Counted from the stretch's first letter, positions 9,127 to 21,109 are shown. The stretch is DNA of 64,000 nt from a bacterium (GCA_963674965.2 CAXXFL010000005.1:640001-704000), one strand, 5' to 3'. Made by a program: numbers and translations. The notes: generated by a model not told the origin, from the sequence alone.

Positions 9127-9592
9127 TCATAATGGTGAACTAAGGATAAAACCAGGTCATGAAGACGAGTAATAAAAAACGCGAATCAAACGGAAAAAAG
9201 TTATCGGACTTAGCTCCCCCGTTTCGTAAAAAGGTTTGTAATTCATACGGGATGGGCGAAATTAAGCGCGAGCCATGGCCGTTCCCTGGTTCCGTGGTTT
9301 TCCCGTTTTTCCCCATGTCCGCTTTATCCCATTTTAAGAAATATAAGATTTTTCTTTCTCTTATAAGGGAAATTAACCATCGCCTCTCCAGCAAGCCATT
9401 TGGAGAGTTGAGAATATTATCATTTTATTTCAAAAGCTTAGACTTGACGCCTCGAGCTTTCCCCCAAAGCGGGAAGAAATTGACGCGAGAGGGAATTTTT
9501 CTCCCGACCGCCATGGTTAGTTTTTCCGCCGGAGACTTGGGAGCGGAAATCACATAATGACCTGAATTTAACAAACTTTCAGGGAGAGATAT

Positions 9593-12262
9593 ATGGACCT
9601 TAACGAAATTGCGGCATTGATCGTGGGAATAGGACCCGAGGACGAGGATGAACTAAAAACCCTGGCTTCAGGGCTGGAGAAGTTTGTCGAATCGGATAGC
9701 GTCTCGGAGCGGAAAAAGGAACTGGCCCAGGAAGCGGTTCGAGCGATATCCTCAATCCTGTCCGGAGAGAGCGGGGATTCGACTCAAATCTTTGACGACC
9801 TTTTGCTCATTATAGAGAGAATGCAAGAACCGGATGACGTTTCGCCATCCGGCGAAAGCGAGGTCGGCGTATCCGGGGAAGATGAAGAGATAGCTTCTCC
9901 CGAGCTTATCGAGGAGTTCATCAGCGAATGCACGGAGCATTTCCAGAACATCGAGCAGGGACTTCTCGAATTGGAAAGCGATCCCGAGGATGCCGAGGCC
10001 CTGGGCAAGACCTTCAGGGCTTTTCATACAATCAAAGGATCGGCCGGCTGGCTGGGTCTTTCGGACATACAGTCCCTGTCGGCCAAGGCGGAGGACCTCC
10101 TCGAGTGCGCCCGCTCGGGCCAGGTCAAACTGGCGGGCGTAAACGCCGACCGGGCCTTCCAGATGACCGACCTTTTGAAAAACGCTATTTTCGCGCTCAA
10201 TTACGGCGAAGAACTCGATAAGGAAGACAATCCGGAAGAAGGCCTTGAAGCTTGCGATCGGCCGGACGCCGAAGAAGAAGCCGTCCAGCCCATGGAATCG
10301 TCGGCGTCGTCCGAGGAAGAGTCGGATGAGCCAAAGGCCGAGTCTTCTCCCGAGGCGGAGGATACCCCGGCCGAGGAGGACGACGAGACCATTCCTCCCG
10401 ACGAGGTCATCGACGACCCCGAGCTTTTGACCGAGTTTATAAACGAGTCTTTGGACCATATTAGCCAGTCCGAGTCGGCCCTTCTTTCCCTCGAGACCAA
10501 CCCCGAGGACATGGAGGCGATCAACGCGGTCTTCCGCGCCTTTCACACCATGAAGGGGACCTCCGGTTTCCTGGGGCTGAACGCCATTCAACGGTTGGCC
10601 CACAGGGCCGAGAACCTGCTCGACCGCGCCCGTAACGGCGAGATAAGGATAGTGGGCGGATACGCGGACCTGGCCCTCGAGTCAGCGGACATGCTCAAAA
10701 ACATGATCAGCGAACTCAAGGAATGCCCGCCCGGCGAGCCTCCCCTGCGCCCGGAGGGGCTGATGACGCTGATCGAGCACCTGACCGAGCCCGAGGACCA
10801 CGGCGTAAACGAGTGCACGGGCCTCGAGATAAGCGGCGCGCCCCGCGTGGGCGATCTCCTTATCGCCGCGGGCAAGATAACTCAGAGCGAGGTGGATGAA
10901 GTAGCGAGGAACGCCAGGGGCAAAAAACTGGGCGAGGCCCTGATCGAGTCGGGCAAGGTAACGGCGGCCGACGTGGCCCATGCCCTGCGCATGCAAAAAA
11001 AGATCAACGACCCCGTCTGCCGGCGGGACTCCGGCGGCTCGGGGTCCGCTATCATGCAAAAACGGTCCGCCGTCCAGGCCGACGTGTCCGTGCGCGTGAG
11101 CACGCTCCGGCTGGACACGCTTATCAACACGGTGGGCGAGCTGGTTATTACCCAGGCCATGATCGCCCAGAACGGTTACGTAACAAGCGACGCTGACAGG
11201 AACCTGACCAGAAACGTAATGCGCATGAACAAAATCACGCGCGAGCTTCAGGACCTTTCCATGTCCATGCGCATGGTGCCCTTGAAGGGGACCTTCAGCA
11301 AGATGGCTCGCCTGGTTCGCGACCTGGCTCGGAAGAGCGGCAAGTCGGTCAATTTCGTAACCGAGGGCGAGGACACGGAGATCGACCGGAACATGGTCGA
11401 GGCCCTTAACGACCCTCTGGTCCACATGGTACGGAACGCCGTGGACCACGGCATCGAGCAGCCCGATGTCAGGACCGCCGCGGGCAAGCCCTCCGGCGGC
11501 AGGCTGGTATTGCGGGCCTACCACGCCGCCGGCAACGTGATCATCGAGCTTCAGGACGACGGCAAGGGCCTGGACAAGGAAAAGATCATTAAAAAGGCCG
11601 CGGACAAGGGCCTGATCGAGTCGAAAAAGGACCTGTCCGAGGCCGAGATATACAAGCTGATCTTCGCTCCCGGCTTCTCGACGGCGGACAAGGTAACGGA
11701 CGTTTCGGGCCGGGGCGTGGGCATGGACGTGGTCAAGAAGAACATCGAGTCCATGCGGGGCCGGGTCGAGGTCAACTCGGCCAAGGGGCAGGGATCGACC
11801 TTTCAGATACGAGTGCCCCTGACCCTGGCCATCATAGACGGAATGCTCCTGCAGGTGGGGACGGAGCATTACATAGTTCCCACCTTGAACGTGAACCAGG
11901 CTTTTCGGCCCGAGGCCTCGGCCCTCTCCACCGTGCAGGGAAGGGGCGAGATGGTCATGCTGCGGGGCAACTTGATTCCCGTGTTCCGGCTCCACCGCAT
12001 GTTCGAGGTGGAGAACGCCAAGGAGGAACCCACCGACGCCCTGCTCCTGGTGGTCGAGCACGAGGGAAGGATGGCGGCGCTTCTGGCGGACGAGCTTTTA
12101 GGCCAGCAACAGGTAGTAATTAAAAGCCTGGGCCGGGGTCTGGGCAAGATAGAGGGCGTGTCCGGGGCCGCCATCTTGGGTGACGGAAGGGTCGGCCTCA
12201 TCCTGGACATAGCCGGCGTGCTTAGTATAGCTCGCGGCGACTCGGCCATCGAGGCCGCGTAA
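9593..12262 (+). CDS. cheA: Chemotaxis histidine kinase CheA (two Hpt domains, MshEN-like insert)
   Basis: FRAFHTIKG and FRAFHTMKG Hpt motifs; HMVRNAVDHGIE, DDGKG, PGFST, SGRGVGMDVV; C-terminal CheW-like domain. Confidence 0.96.
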   Translation: MDLNEIAALIVGIGPEDEDELKTLASGLEKFVESDSVSERKKELAQEAVRAISSILSGESGDSTQIFDDLLLIIERMQEPDDVSPSGESEVGVSGEDEEIASPELIEEFISECTEHFQNIEQGLLELESDPEDAEALGKTFRAFHTIKGSAGWLGLSDIQSLSAKAEDLLECARSGQVKLAGVNADRAFQMTDLLKNAIFALNYGEELDKEDNPEEGLEACDRPDAEEEAVQPMESSASSEEESDEPKAESSPEAEDTPAEEDDETIPPDEVIDDPELLTEFINESLDHISQSESALLSLETNPEDMEAINAVFRAFHTMKGTSGFLGLNAIQRLAHRAENLLDRARNGEIRIVGGYADLALESADMLKNMISELKECPPGEPPLRPEGLMTLIEHLTEPEDHGVNECTGLEISGAPRVGDLLIAAGKITQSEVDEVARNARGKKLGEALIESGKVTAADVAHALRMQKKINDPVCRRDSGGSGSAIMQKRSAVQADVSVRVSTLRLDTLINTVGELVITQAMIAQNGYVTSDADRNLTRNVMRMNKITRELQDLSMSMRMVPLKGTFSKMARLVRDLARKSGKSVNFVTEGEDTEIDRNMVEALNDPLVHMVRNAVDHGIEQPDVRTAAGKPSGGRLVLRAYHAAGNVIIELQDDGKGLDKEKIIKKAADKGLIESKKDLSEAEIYKLIFAPGFSTADKVTDVSGRGVGMDVVKKNIESMRGRVEVNSAKGQGSTFQIRVPLTLAIIDGMLLQVGTEHYIVPTLNVNQAFRPEASALSTVQGRGEMVMLRGNLIPVFRLHRMFEVENAKEEPTDALLLVVEHEGRMAALLADELLGQQQVVIKSLGRGLGKIEGVSGAAILGDGRVGLILDIAGVLSIARGDSAIEAA

Positions 12263-12313
12263 TAAAGATAATAAAAAAGGGCGGCAAGGACCGCCCGCAT
12301 CGGACAAGGAGGA

Positions 12314-12817
12314 ATGAAAATGAGTCAGACAACGGCGGCGGCCGAGGCGATCGAGGCATCGAGAAACCTTGGAGGCAAGTACCTGACCTTCATGCTCGGC
12401 AAGGAGGGATACGGCCTGGAAATCCTGAAGGTGAGGGAGATAATCGGCATGATGGACATCACGTCCGTTCCCCGCACTCCCGAGTTCGTCAAGGGCGTAA
12501 TCAATCTTCGCGGCAAGGTCATCCCCGTCATCGAGCTCCGTCTCAAGTTCGAGATGGAAGCCGTCGAGAGGACCGAGCAGACCTGTATCATCGTTGTGGA
12601 CGTGATGGGCGTGGAGATGGGGATCATCGTGGACCAGGTGTCCGAGGTGCTGGATATTTCCGGGGAGGACATCGAGGAAGCGCCGAGGTTCGGCATGGAA
12701 ATCGACACCAATTTCATTCTCGGCATGGGCAAGCAGGGGGGAAGGGTAACCATACTTCTCGATATCGGCAGGGTCCTGACGGGAGGAGAACTGGATTCAC
12801 TTAAGGCCATGACGTGA
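12314..12817 (+). CDS. cheW: CheW coupling protein
   Basis: YLTF...YG, VPRTPEFVKGVINLRGKVIPVI, GIIVDQV. Confidence 0.95.
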   Translation: MKMSQTTAAAEAIEASRNLGGKYLTFMLGKEGYGLEILKVREIIGMMDITSVPRTPEFVKGVINLRGKVIPVIELRLKFEMEAVERTEQTCIIVVDVMGVEMGIIVDQVSEVLDISGEDIEEAPRFGMEIDTNFILGMGKQGGRVTILLDIGRVLTGGELDSLKAMT

Positions 12818-12944
12818 TCGGTTTAACTACGTTAAGGGCAAAATCATCGAGTTAGGATTTCACAAGGAAGTTAATAAAAGTATCGCGCGCCCGCTAATAT
12901 CGAAAAGACCATGGACCCATTAATAAAATTCAGGGAGTTTTGAC

Positions 12945-15128
12945 ATGTTAAATAAAATTTCACTTAAGGCAAAGATGATCCTGGTAGGGATCGTCCTTAC
13001 CGCCTTGCCCTTGATCGCGGTGGGGGTCATGGTAGCAAAACAAAACCGACAAATGAGAGACGCGGCCCAAGAGGAGAGCGAGATACTGGCCTACTCCGAC
13101 CTGGACCACGTGGCCAGGGGCGTGTACGCCATGTGCAAGTCCGCCCAGGAAGTGCTCGACCAGACCATGCTGTCGAACCTGAACGTGGCGCGGGACATAT
13201 TCAACCGGGAGGGCGGGGTCGGCTTTGCCGCCGAGACCACCGCCTGGGAGGCGAAGAACCAGTTCTCGGGCCAGAAAACCAACGTGACGCTTCCCACCAT
13301 GACGGTGGGCGGCGCGAGGCTCGCGCCCAATTTCGATCTTGCGGCCAGGTCGCCCGTGGTTGACGACCTCAAGGACATGGTCGGAGGAACCGCGACCATT
13401 TTCCAGCGCATGAACGAGTCCGGAGACATGCTGCGCGTTTGCACAAACGTGGAGACCCTCGAGGGCAAGCGGGCCGTCGGAACTTACATCCCGGCGGCCA
13501 ATCCCGACGGTACCCCCAACCAGGTGGTTCAAACCCTGCTTAAAGGCGAGACCTACAAAGGCAGGGCCTTCGTGGTTAACGACTGGTACGTCACGGCCTA
13601 CGAGCCGATCAAGGACTCGTCGGGTGACGTCGTCGGCGCGCTTTACGTGGGCGTTAAACAGGAGTCGGTGGGGAGCCTTCGCGAGAGCATAATGAACGCC
13701 AAGGTCGGCAAGACGGGCTACGTGTATATTTTGGGAGCCAAGGAAGGCCAAAAAGGTCATTATGTCGTTTCCTACCAGGGCAAGCGCGACGGAGAGGACA
13801 TTTACGACGCCCAGGACGCCTCGGGCGCGTACTTTATAAGGGAGATAGTTGACAAGGCCCTGGCCTTGGGTTCCGACCAGATAGCTGAACAGAAATACCC
13901 CTGGATAAACGAGGGCGACCCGGAGCCAAGGATGAAAGTGGTCCGGATAATGTATTTCGAGCCCTGGGATTGGGTCATTGGAGTCGGCTCTTACGAAGAG
14001 GAGTTCTACCAGGCCAGGAACAGGCTCACGGAAATATCCCGGCGGGGCAACCTGGTCCTTATTGGCATATCGGTTTTAGCCTTTCTCGGGGCGGCCGGCA
14101 TCTGGTACCTCATATCGAGGTCCATCGCCAATCCAATTGGAAAAGTCATCGAGTCTTTGAGCTGCGCCTCCGTGCAGTTGACCGACGCCTCCGCTCAGAT
14201 TTCCTCCGGCAGCCAGAACCTGGCGCAAGGCTCGTCCGAACAGGCGGCCGCGGTCGAGGAAACGACTTCCGCCCTGGAGGAAATGTCCTCCATGGTCAAG
14301 CAAAACGCGGCCAACGCCCAGCAGGCCAATACCCTTTCCGACGAGGCGGTCAAAATGATCGAGAACGGAAGAGGTTCCATGGAAAAGCTCCTGGGCGCCA
14401 TCGGCCAGATCAAGTCCAGCGCGGACCAGACGGCGAAAATCGTCAAGACGATCGACGAGATAGCCTTCCAGACCAACCTTTTGGCCCTTAACGCCGCGGT
14501 CGAGGCCGCCAGGGCCGGAGACGCCGGCAAGGGGTTCGCCGTGGTGGCGGAGGAGGTGAGGAACCTGGCCCAGCGGTCCGCCGAGGCGGCCCGAAACACC
14601 GCCGCTCTCATCGAGGGATCGATCGGCAACACCGACAACGGCGTGAGCATGGCCGGCGAGGCGGCCCAGGCCCTGGATAAAATCGCCGGACACTCGATAA
14701 AAGTAAGCGAGCTGGTCTCGGAGATAGCCGCCGCCGGCAACGAGCAGGCCCAGGGCATAGACCAGATGACCACGGCCATGAACGAGGTCGACTCGGCCAC
14801 CCAGCAAAACGCGGCCAACGCCGAGGAATCGGCCTCGGCGGGCGAGGAACTGGCAGCCCAGACCCAGGAACTGGACGCCATGATCGTCGAGTTGACGAGA
14901 ATCATCCAGGGAAGGATTAACGCGGAATCGGAAAAGAAAGCCGTCGCGTTCTCGGAAAAGTCCAAATCATGCGGGACCCAGGCTCACGCCGGGTCCGGTT
15001 ATGGCTGGGCTGAAACGAGTTCGCGCCGGCCCGACTCCCGAAATCGGGGAAAAAGGAACTCAACCGACCCGTCGGCGATGATCCCTCTTTCACCGGAGGA
15101 GGAAAACGCGGCCTTTTCGGACTTTTAA
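12945..15128 (+). CDS. Methyl-accepting chemotaxis protein with periplasmic Cache domains
   Basis: Two TM helices, Cache-type region ([14 protein letters not shown]), [20 protein letters not shown] hairpin tip, C-terminal AFSDF pentapeptide-like tail. Confidence 0.95.
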   Translation: MLNKISLKAKMILVGIVLTALPLIAVGVMVAKQNRQMRDAAQEESEILAYSDLDHVARGVYAMCKSAQEVLDQTMLSNLNVARDIFNREGGVGFAAETTAWEAKNQFSGQKTNVTLPTMTVGGARLAPNFDLAARSPVVDDLKDMVGGTATIFQRMNESGDMLRVCTNVETLEGKRAVGTYIPAANPDGTPNQVVQTLLKGETYKGRAFVVNDWYVTAYEPIKDSSGDVVGALYVGVKQESVGSLRESIMNAKVGKTGYVYILGAKEGQKGHYVVSYQGKRDGEDIYDAQDASGAYFIREIVDKALALGSDQIAEQKYPWINEGDPEPRMKVVRIMYFEPWDWVIGVGSYEEEFYQARNRLTEISRRGNLVLIGISVLAFLGAAGIWYLISRSIANPIGKVIESLSCASVQLTDASAQISSGSQNLAQGSSEQAAAVEETTSALEEMSSMVKQNAANAQQANTLSDEAVKMIENGRGSMEKLLGAIGQIKSSADQTAKIVKTIDEIAFQTNLLALNAAVEAARAGDAGKGFAVVAEEVRNLAQRSAEAARNTAALIEGSIGNTDNGVSMAGEAAQALDKIAGHSIKVSELVSEIAAAGNEQAQGIDQMTTAMNEVDSATQQNAANAEESASAGEELAAQTQELDAMIVELTRIIQGRINAESEKKAVAFSEKSKSCGTQAHAGSGYGWAETSSRRPDSRNRGKRNSTDPSAMIPLSPEEENAAFSDF

Positions 15129-15183
15129 TAGCCGGGAGCGAAAGTTTGTACACTAAAAACGGCAATAAACGCGGTGGACGCGG

Positions 15184-16026
15184 ATGAATCTTTTTCCCCA
15201 CCAGCACCAGGACCTGTCCGACGCGCAGCTCGTCAAGATAGCCTCCATGGTCAGGGCCGCCAGCGGCATCAACCTGAACGTGGGCAAAAAGGAACTCGTC
15301 AAGACCCGGCTATTAAAGCGGATGCGCAGCCTGAAGCTGGCCACCTTCAGGGATTATCTCGATTATCTTGGCGGCGACAATTCGGGTTCCGAGTTCATGG
15401 CCATGCTCGACGTGATCACCACCAATCAGACCAGCTTCTTCCGTGAGGTCGATCATTTCGATTATCTTGCCCGCGAGGCCCTGCCCCGTTTTGAAAAAGA
15501 GAAGGGCCCCGCGGGCAAGCTCCGAATCTGGAGCGCCGGGTGCAGCACCGGCGAGGAGCCCTATACCATCTCCATGGTATTGAACGAGAAGCTTGCCGGC
15601 CTTGGCTCATGGGACGCCAAAATACTGGCCACCGACCTGGCCCCGACGGTCCTTGCCCGGGCGCGCGCGGGACTATATGGATGGGACCGGCTCCAGTCCG
15701 TGCCCCCCCCTCTCCGGAACAAGTATTTCGATCTCGTGGGCCGAAGGCGCGACGGGCGGTTCACGGCAAAGGACAATATCAGATATTTGATAAGGTTCGC
15801 CAAGCTCAATCTGATGGAACCCTGGCCCATGAAAGGCCCCTTCGACGTAATTTTCTGCAGGAACGTGATGATCTACTTTGAAAAGGAGACCCAGGCCCGG
15901 CTGGTAAACCGCTATTTCGATATCCTTCGTCCAGGCGGCTTGCTTTTTATCGGGCACTCGGAGAGTCTCACCGGCGTAAGTCACGGCTTCAAGTACATAA
16001 GGCCCACGGTGTATCTTAAGCCCTAG
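15184..16026 (+). CDS. cheR: Chemotaxis methyltransferase CheR
   Basis: TTNQTSFFRE, RIWSAGCSTGEEPY, FDVIFCRNVMIYF, GHSES. Confidence 0.96.
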   Translation: MNLFPHQHQDLSDAQLVKIASMVRAASGINLNVGKKELVKTRLLKRMRSLKLATFRDYLDYLGGDNSGSEFMAMLDVITTNQTSFFREVDHFDYLAREALPRFEKEKGPAGKLRIWSAGCSTGEEPYTISMVLNEKLAGLGSWDAKILATDLAPTVLARARAGLYGWDRLQSVPPPLRNKYFDLVGRRRDGRFTAKDNIRYLIRFAKLNLMEPWPMKGPFDVIFCRNVMIYFEKETQARLVNRYFDILRPGGLLFIGHSESLTGVSHGFKYIRPTVYLKP

Positions 16027-16044
16027 GGCCCGGGGAACGAGACA

Positions 16045-16521
16045 TTGAAACACATCGTTGGAGTCGCTGAAATGAAAACGTCCGGCAGCGCGGGCGACGT
16101 TATCGTCACTCACGCCCTTGGAAGCTGCCTGGGGATCGCGGTTTTCGATCCCGCGGCCGGGGCGGGAGGCATACTTCACGTCATGCTGCCCAACTCGAGC
16201 GTTAACCCGGACAAGGCCAAGCTGAACCCCGCCATGTTCGTGGACACGGGCGTGCCCTTTTTCTTCAAGAAGCTCTACGAGCTTGGAGTCGATAAAAAAA
16301 GCGCCGTGATCAAAGTGGCCGGCGGGGCGGCGGTGGGCCAGGGCAAGGATTTTTTCGCCATCGGCAAGAGAAACTTCGGCATGCTGCGCAAGTTGTTCTG
16401 GAAGAACGGAATCATAATCTCGGGTCAGGACGTGGGCGGGAACATAGCCCGTACCATGTACCTTGACGTCAGCGACGGCCGCGTTTGGCTTACGTCCAAC
16501 GGCCGGGAGTGGGACCTATGA
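16045..16521 (+). CDS. cheD: Chemoreceptor glutamine deamidase CheD
   Basis: LGSC, HVMLP, KVAGGA, IGKRN, DVGG. Confidence 0.93.
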   Translation: MKHIVGVAEMKTSGSAGDVIVTHALGSCLGIAVFDPAAGAGGILHVMLPNSSVNPDKAKLNPAMFVDTGVPFFFKKLYELGVDKKSAVIKVAGGAAVGQGKDFFAIGKRNFGMLRKLFWKNGIIISGQDVGGNIARTMYLDVSDGRVWLTSNGREWDL

Positions 16522-17372
16522 TCGGACCTATTAAACCTGAGGACGTCGAGAGCCTGAAGCCCATGCCCGCCTCGGTCTTGAGCCTGGCCCGGGTCGCCAC
16601 CGACCCCGACTCGAGCCTGGCCGAGATAACGCGGATCATCGAGCTTGACGAGGCCCTTACCGCCAACATACTGAAAATGGCCAACTCGGCCTGGTCCAGC
16701 TCGCAAAAAAAGATCGACACGGTCAGGGCGGCCGTCATCAGGATGGGCTCGGGCAAAATACTGAGGATGGCGGTGGGACGCTCGATCGGTCCGGCCATGG
16801 AGTCCGGCCTGCCCGGATACGCCCTCGGCGAGCACGAGCTGTGGAGGCACAGCGTGGCCGCGGCCCTGGCGGCCGAGCACATGGGGGCCCACGCCAAGGC
16901 CGATATCCCTGCGGCGGCCTTTACGGCGGCGCTTCTGCACGACATTGGAAAGCTGCTCTTAAGCCGGCACATAAACGCGGAAACGATCTCGAGAATTTTG
17001 GAGATGGCCGAGTCGAAAAAGGTCTCCTACGTGGAGGCCGAAAGAGAAGTCGTCGGCGCCGACCACGCCCAGGTGGGAGGGGCCATCGCTCGGCAGTGGA
17101 AGTTTCCCGAGCCCCTGGTCAGGGCCATCGAGCTTCATCACGATCCCGACCAGGAGCCGGATTCGCTGCGGGACGCGGTTCACGTGGCCAACACGGTGGC
17201 CAAGTTGGTTGGAGTTGGACTTGGAAGCGAGCAGATGTACCTCAAGGTCAGCGACGCGGCGCCCCAGCGCCTTGGCATGTCGCCGGCCGGGCTCGAGGCC
17301 CTCTGCGCCAGGGTCCAACTGGAATTGGATCAGGCCGAAACACTATTCATGGGAAAAGAAAATGGCGATTAA
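16518..17372 (+). CDS. HDOD-domain protein
   Basis: D-ALTANILKMANS, LWRHS, ALLHDIGK, DHAQVG, WKFP; ATGA overlap with cheD. Confidence 0.9.
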   Translation: MIGPIKPEDVESLKPMPASVLSLARVATDPDSSLAEITRIIELDEALTANILKMANSAWSSSQKKIDTVRAAVIRMGSGKILRMAVGRSIGPAMESGLPGYALGEHELWRHSVAAALAAEHMGAHAKADIPAAAFTAALLHDIGKLLLSRHINAETISRILEMAESKKVSYVEAEREVVGADHAQVGGAIARQWKFPEPLVRAIELHHDPDQEPDSLRDAVHVANTVAKLVGVGLGSEQMYLKVSDAAPQRLGMSPAGLEALCARVQLELDQAETLFMGKENGD

Positions 17373-17739
17373 CGTACTGGTAGTGGACGACAGCTCGACC
17401 ATGCGCTCCATGGTGAAAAAAACCCTCAAGATGAGCGGGACACCCATCGGAGAGTTTCACCAGGCCGAAAACGGGCTCGAGGGCCTCGAGGTGCTCGAGC
17501 GGGAATGGATCGACCTGGTGCTGGTCGATATCAACATGCCCGTCATGAACGGCATGGAAATGATCGACAAGGTAAGGGAAAAGCCCGAGTTCGCGAGCCT
17601 GCCCATCGTGGTCATCTCCACAGAGTCGAGCGCCACGCGGATAGAGGAAGTGCACGCGAAGGGAGTCGAGTTCATACACAAGCCCTTTACTCCCGAGCAT
17701 TTCCGAGCCATCGTCAAGAAGCTGATAGGAGACGCGTAA
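17362..17739 (+). CDS. cheY: CheY-like response regulator
   Basis: VLVVDDS, DINMP, ST, KPFT; single receiver domain. Confidence 0.88.
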   Translation: MAINVLVVDDSSTMRSMVKKTLKMSGTPIGEFHQAENGLEGLEVLEREWIDLVLVDINMPVMNGMEMIDKVREKPEFASLPIVVISTESSATRIEEVHAKGVEFIHKPFTPEHFRAIVKKLIGDA

Positions 17740-18191
17740 TGGACCCCTCACCCGAGATTCTCGAGAGAGTTGGACGGGAGGTCCTCGAGACCATGGCCTT
17801 CATGTTCGTCATGCCCGGCATGGAATCGGAGGAGGAAAAAGGCCCCTACTCGACCGTCCTCGTGGAATTCAGCGGGCACGCCAAGGGCCTTCTCGTTTTA
17901 CAGATGCCCGATGAAATCCTGCCCGAGCTGGCCGCCAACATGTTGGGCGACGACGAGGCAGAACCCGAGCCCGGGCAGCAAATGGACGCCCTGGGCGAGC
18001 TGGCCAACGTCATATGCGGGAACCTCCTGGCCGAGATGGCCGGACCCGAGCCCGTGTTCGACCTGGTCTCTCCCGTGATAATTACCGACGTCTCCGAGCT
18101 CGAGAAAAAAATCGGCTCGGGCAAAAAGACCCGGGCCTTTCTGCCCCTCGAGGAAGGATGGGTCGAGTTGGCGCTCGTGCTTCTGGACTGA
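17739..18191 (+). CDS. cheX: CheX/CheC-family phosphatase
   Basis: DALGELANVICGN (E-x-x-N) motif; che cluster context. Confidence 0.75.
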   Translation: MDPSPEILERVGREVLETMAFMFVMPGMESEEEKGPYSTVLVEFSGHAKGLLVLQMPDEILPELAANMLGDDEAEPEPGQQMDALGELANVICGNLLAEMAGPEPVFDLVSPVIITDVSELEKKIGSGKKTRAFLPLEEGWVELALVLLD

Positions 18192-18197
18192 AATTAG

Positions 18198-19274
<1,077 letters not shown>

Positions 19275-19428
19275 GCGACTTTTTCAAGCGCCCTTTTCGA
19301 GTCCCCCGATTCGAGACAAAAAAAGAGAATTTTTGGCGCCCGTAATGCATAAAACAAATTCAATGAAAATCGAAAAAGGCAAGGCAAAACGCGATAGATT
19401 TTGCGGAAAAAAATATTGACGGGGGTAT

Positions 19429-19794
19429 GTGATGAAGATACTGATAGTTGACGACAGCAAGGCAATGAGGATGATAGTAAAACGCACGCTGCGCCAGGCC
19501 GGACTGGGCGACCATGAGGTTATCGAGGCGGGCAACGGGGCCGAGGCCCTGAACGCCATCTCGGCCTCGAAACCCGACGTGGTGCTCTGCGACTGGAACA
19601 TGCCGGAGATGAACGGTATCGAGCTTCTCGAGAAACTGAACGAGAACGGAAAGAAGGTCAAGTTCGGTTTCGTGACCAGCGAGGGCACGCCGGAAATGCG
19701 CGAGAAGGCCAAGGGCGCGGGGGCCCTGTTTTTTATTTCCAAGCCCTTTACCGCCGACACCTTCCAGGAAGCCCTTAACCCGGTGATATCATGA
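19429..19794 (+). CDS. cheY: Second CheY-like response regulator
   Basis: ILIVDDS, DWNMP, TS, KPFT. Confidence 0.85.
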   Translation: MMKILIVDDSKAMRMIVKRTLRQAGLGDHEVIEAGNGAEALNAISASKPDVVLCDWNMPEMNGIELLEKLNENGKKVKFGFVTSEGTPEMREKAKGAGALFFISKPFTADTFQEALNPVIS

Positions 19795-20270
19795 GTTCCA
19801 ACGGCATATCCATAAGGGACTGGCTGGACAGCATGGTCGAGGCCATGAACGAGTTGGCCCCCACTACCCTCGGGTTCGACGACGTGGAGGTCAAGGAGAT
19901 AAAGGAGGTCTTTCCCGTGGGCATGTCCGGCGCCTATATCGCGCTGGTCAGCATGGACTCGTCCCTGCAAATCGGCCTCGTGTCCGAGCCCAAGGGATGC
20001 GAAACCCTGGCCCTCTCGCTTATGGGAATGGAACCGGGAGAAGAAGAGCTTTCCGAGCAGGACATAGCCGACTCGGTGGGAGAGATAATAAATATCCTGG
20101 CCGGGATGATAAAGCGACAGATGGCGAAAAAAATTAACGCCGTCAACCTCGGCTTGCCTATATTCATCAACGGGCACATCGAGCCGAGGCAGCGGCAGGA
20201 AACGGGAGTGGCCGAGGTTAAAATCGGCCCGGTAGACGCCCAGCTCCTTGTGCTGAGGGAGGCGGAGTAA
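19791..20270 (+). CDS. cheX: CheX-family protein
   Basis: DSVGEIINILAG motif, LGLP; overlaps cheY. Confidence 0.75.
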   Translation: MSSNGISIRDWLDSMVEAMNELAPTTLGFDDVEVKEIKEVFPVGMSGAYIALVSMDSSLQIGLVSEPKGCETLALSLMGMEPGEEELSEQDIADSVGEIINILAGMIKRQMAKKINAVNLGLPIFINGHIEPRQRQETGVAEVKIGPVDAQLLVLREAE

Positions 20271-20286
20271 TAAGGGGAGGATCGAA

Positions 20287-20793
20287 ATGACGGCGGCGTT
20301 GACATATCCCATGCCCATGCCCGAGACCATCACCAGCCTGCTGGCCGATCTTCTGGGCAAAAAAGTGATGGCCAATAAGGGAAAGCCCATCGCCATGGCG
20401 CCGGGCGGGGCCATAGCCATGTGTATTTTCGTGGAAGACGAAACGAAAAACCCGGTGGCGCTGTTGATATGCGACCTGGCCATGGCCGGGTTCACGGGCG
20501 CCGCCCTGGCCCTTATACCGCCGGACGCTGGCAAAGAGGCCATGCATACGAAAACCCTGCCCCCCAACATCATGGAAAATTTCCACGAGGTGGTCAATAT
20601 CGTGGGAGCCAAGGTGTTCAACAGCCCTTACACGCCCCACGTTTCCCTGAGGGAAATAATCGTCGCCCCGTCCAAATTGGCCGGGGAACTGAAACCCCTT
20701 CTAACCTCGCCGGGAGCCAAACTCTTTATCGACGTGGCCATCGACGGATACGGGGTCGGCAAACTGGCCCTCCTGGCCGCCTCGAGGTCCTGA
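20287..20793 (+). CDS. Hypothetical protein, possibly CheC/CheX-fold
   Basis: RBS GGGGAGG; ENFHEVVNIVG contains E-x-x-N; follows cheY-cheX. Confidence 0.65.
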   Translation: MTAALTYPMPMPETITSLLADLLGKKVMANKGKPIAMAPGGAIAMCIFVEDETKNPVALLICDLAMAGFTGAALALIPPDAGKEAMHTKTLPPNIMENFHEVVNIVGAKVFNSPYTPHVSLREIIVAPSKLAGELKPLLTSPGAKLFIDVAIDGYGVGKLALLAASRS

Positions 20794-20854
20794 GCCGGAA
20801 AAATCAATTGTACGCTAACGAAATTTTGACCTGAATATACCAGTTTGAAAATAA

Positions 20855-20890
20855 AAGGACCGGACCGGACCATGGTCCGGTTTCTTTTCA
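20855..20890 (+). terminator. Probable intrinsic terminator of the che cluster
   Basis: ACCGGACC-AT-GGTCCGGT followed by TTCTTTT. Confidence 0.55.
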
Positions 20891-21094
20891 TCATCAGGAA
20901 TGACCGCTTTCAAGACAAGTGATTTCTTTTCGTTCGGCCGGCCCTTGATAATGATTGCCTGATTTTTTCGCATGGCGAGCGCTCATTGCATAATTGACAA
21001 AAACCCTTTCTCAATCACCGATAAAAAGAAACTCCAGCCATGGCCCGAATCATTTATTCCCTTTATAAACGGGGCATTGCAAGATAACAAACGG

Positions 21095-21109
21095 CGGCAC
21101 GCTTGTTGC
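21095..21109 (+). promoter_or_regulatory. sigma54 promoter
   Basis: CGGCAC-GCTTG-TTGC. Confidence 0.7.

Noticed and set aside
9159-9557. 132-aa ORF upstream of cheA
   Set aside because: Atypical codon usage, no recognisable domain, and it overlaps probable regulatory motifs; not called as a gene, though not excluded.
9130-9590. c-di-GMP (GEMM) riboswitch before the che cluster
   Set aside because: The characteristic GGCAAAC...GAAA...GACGCAAAG pattern was not found.
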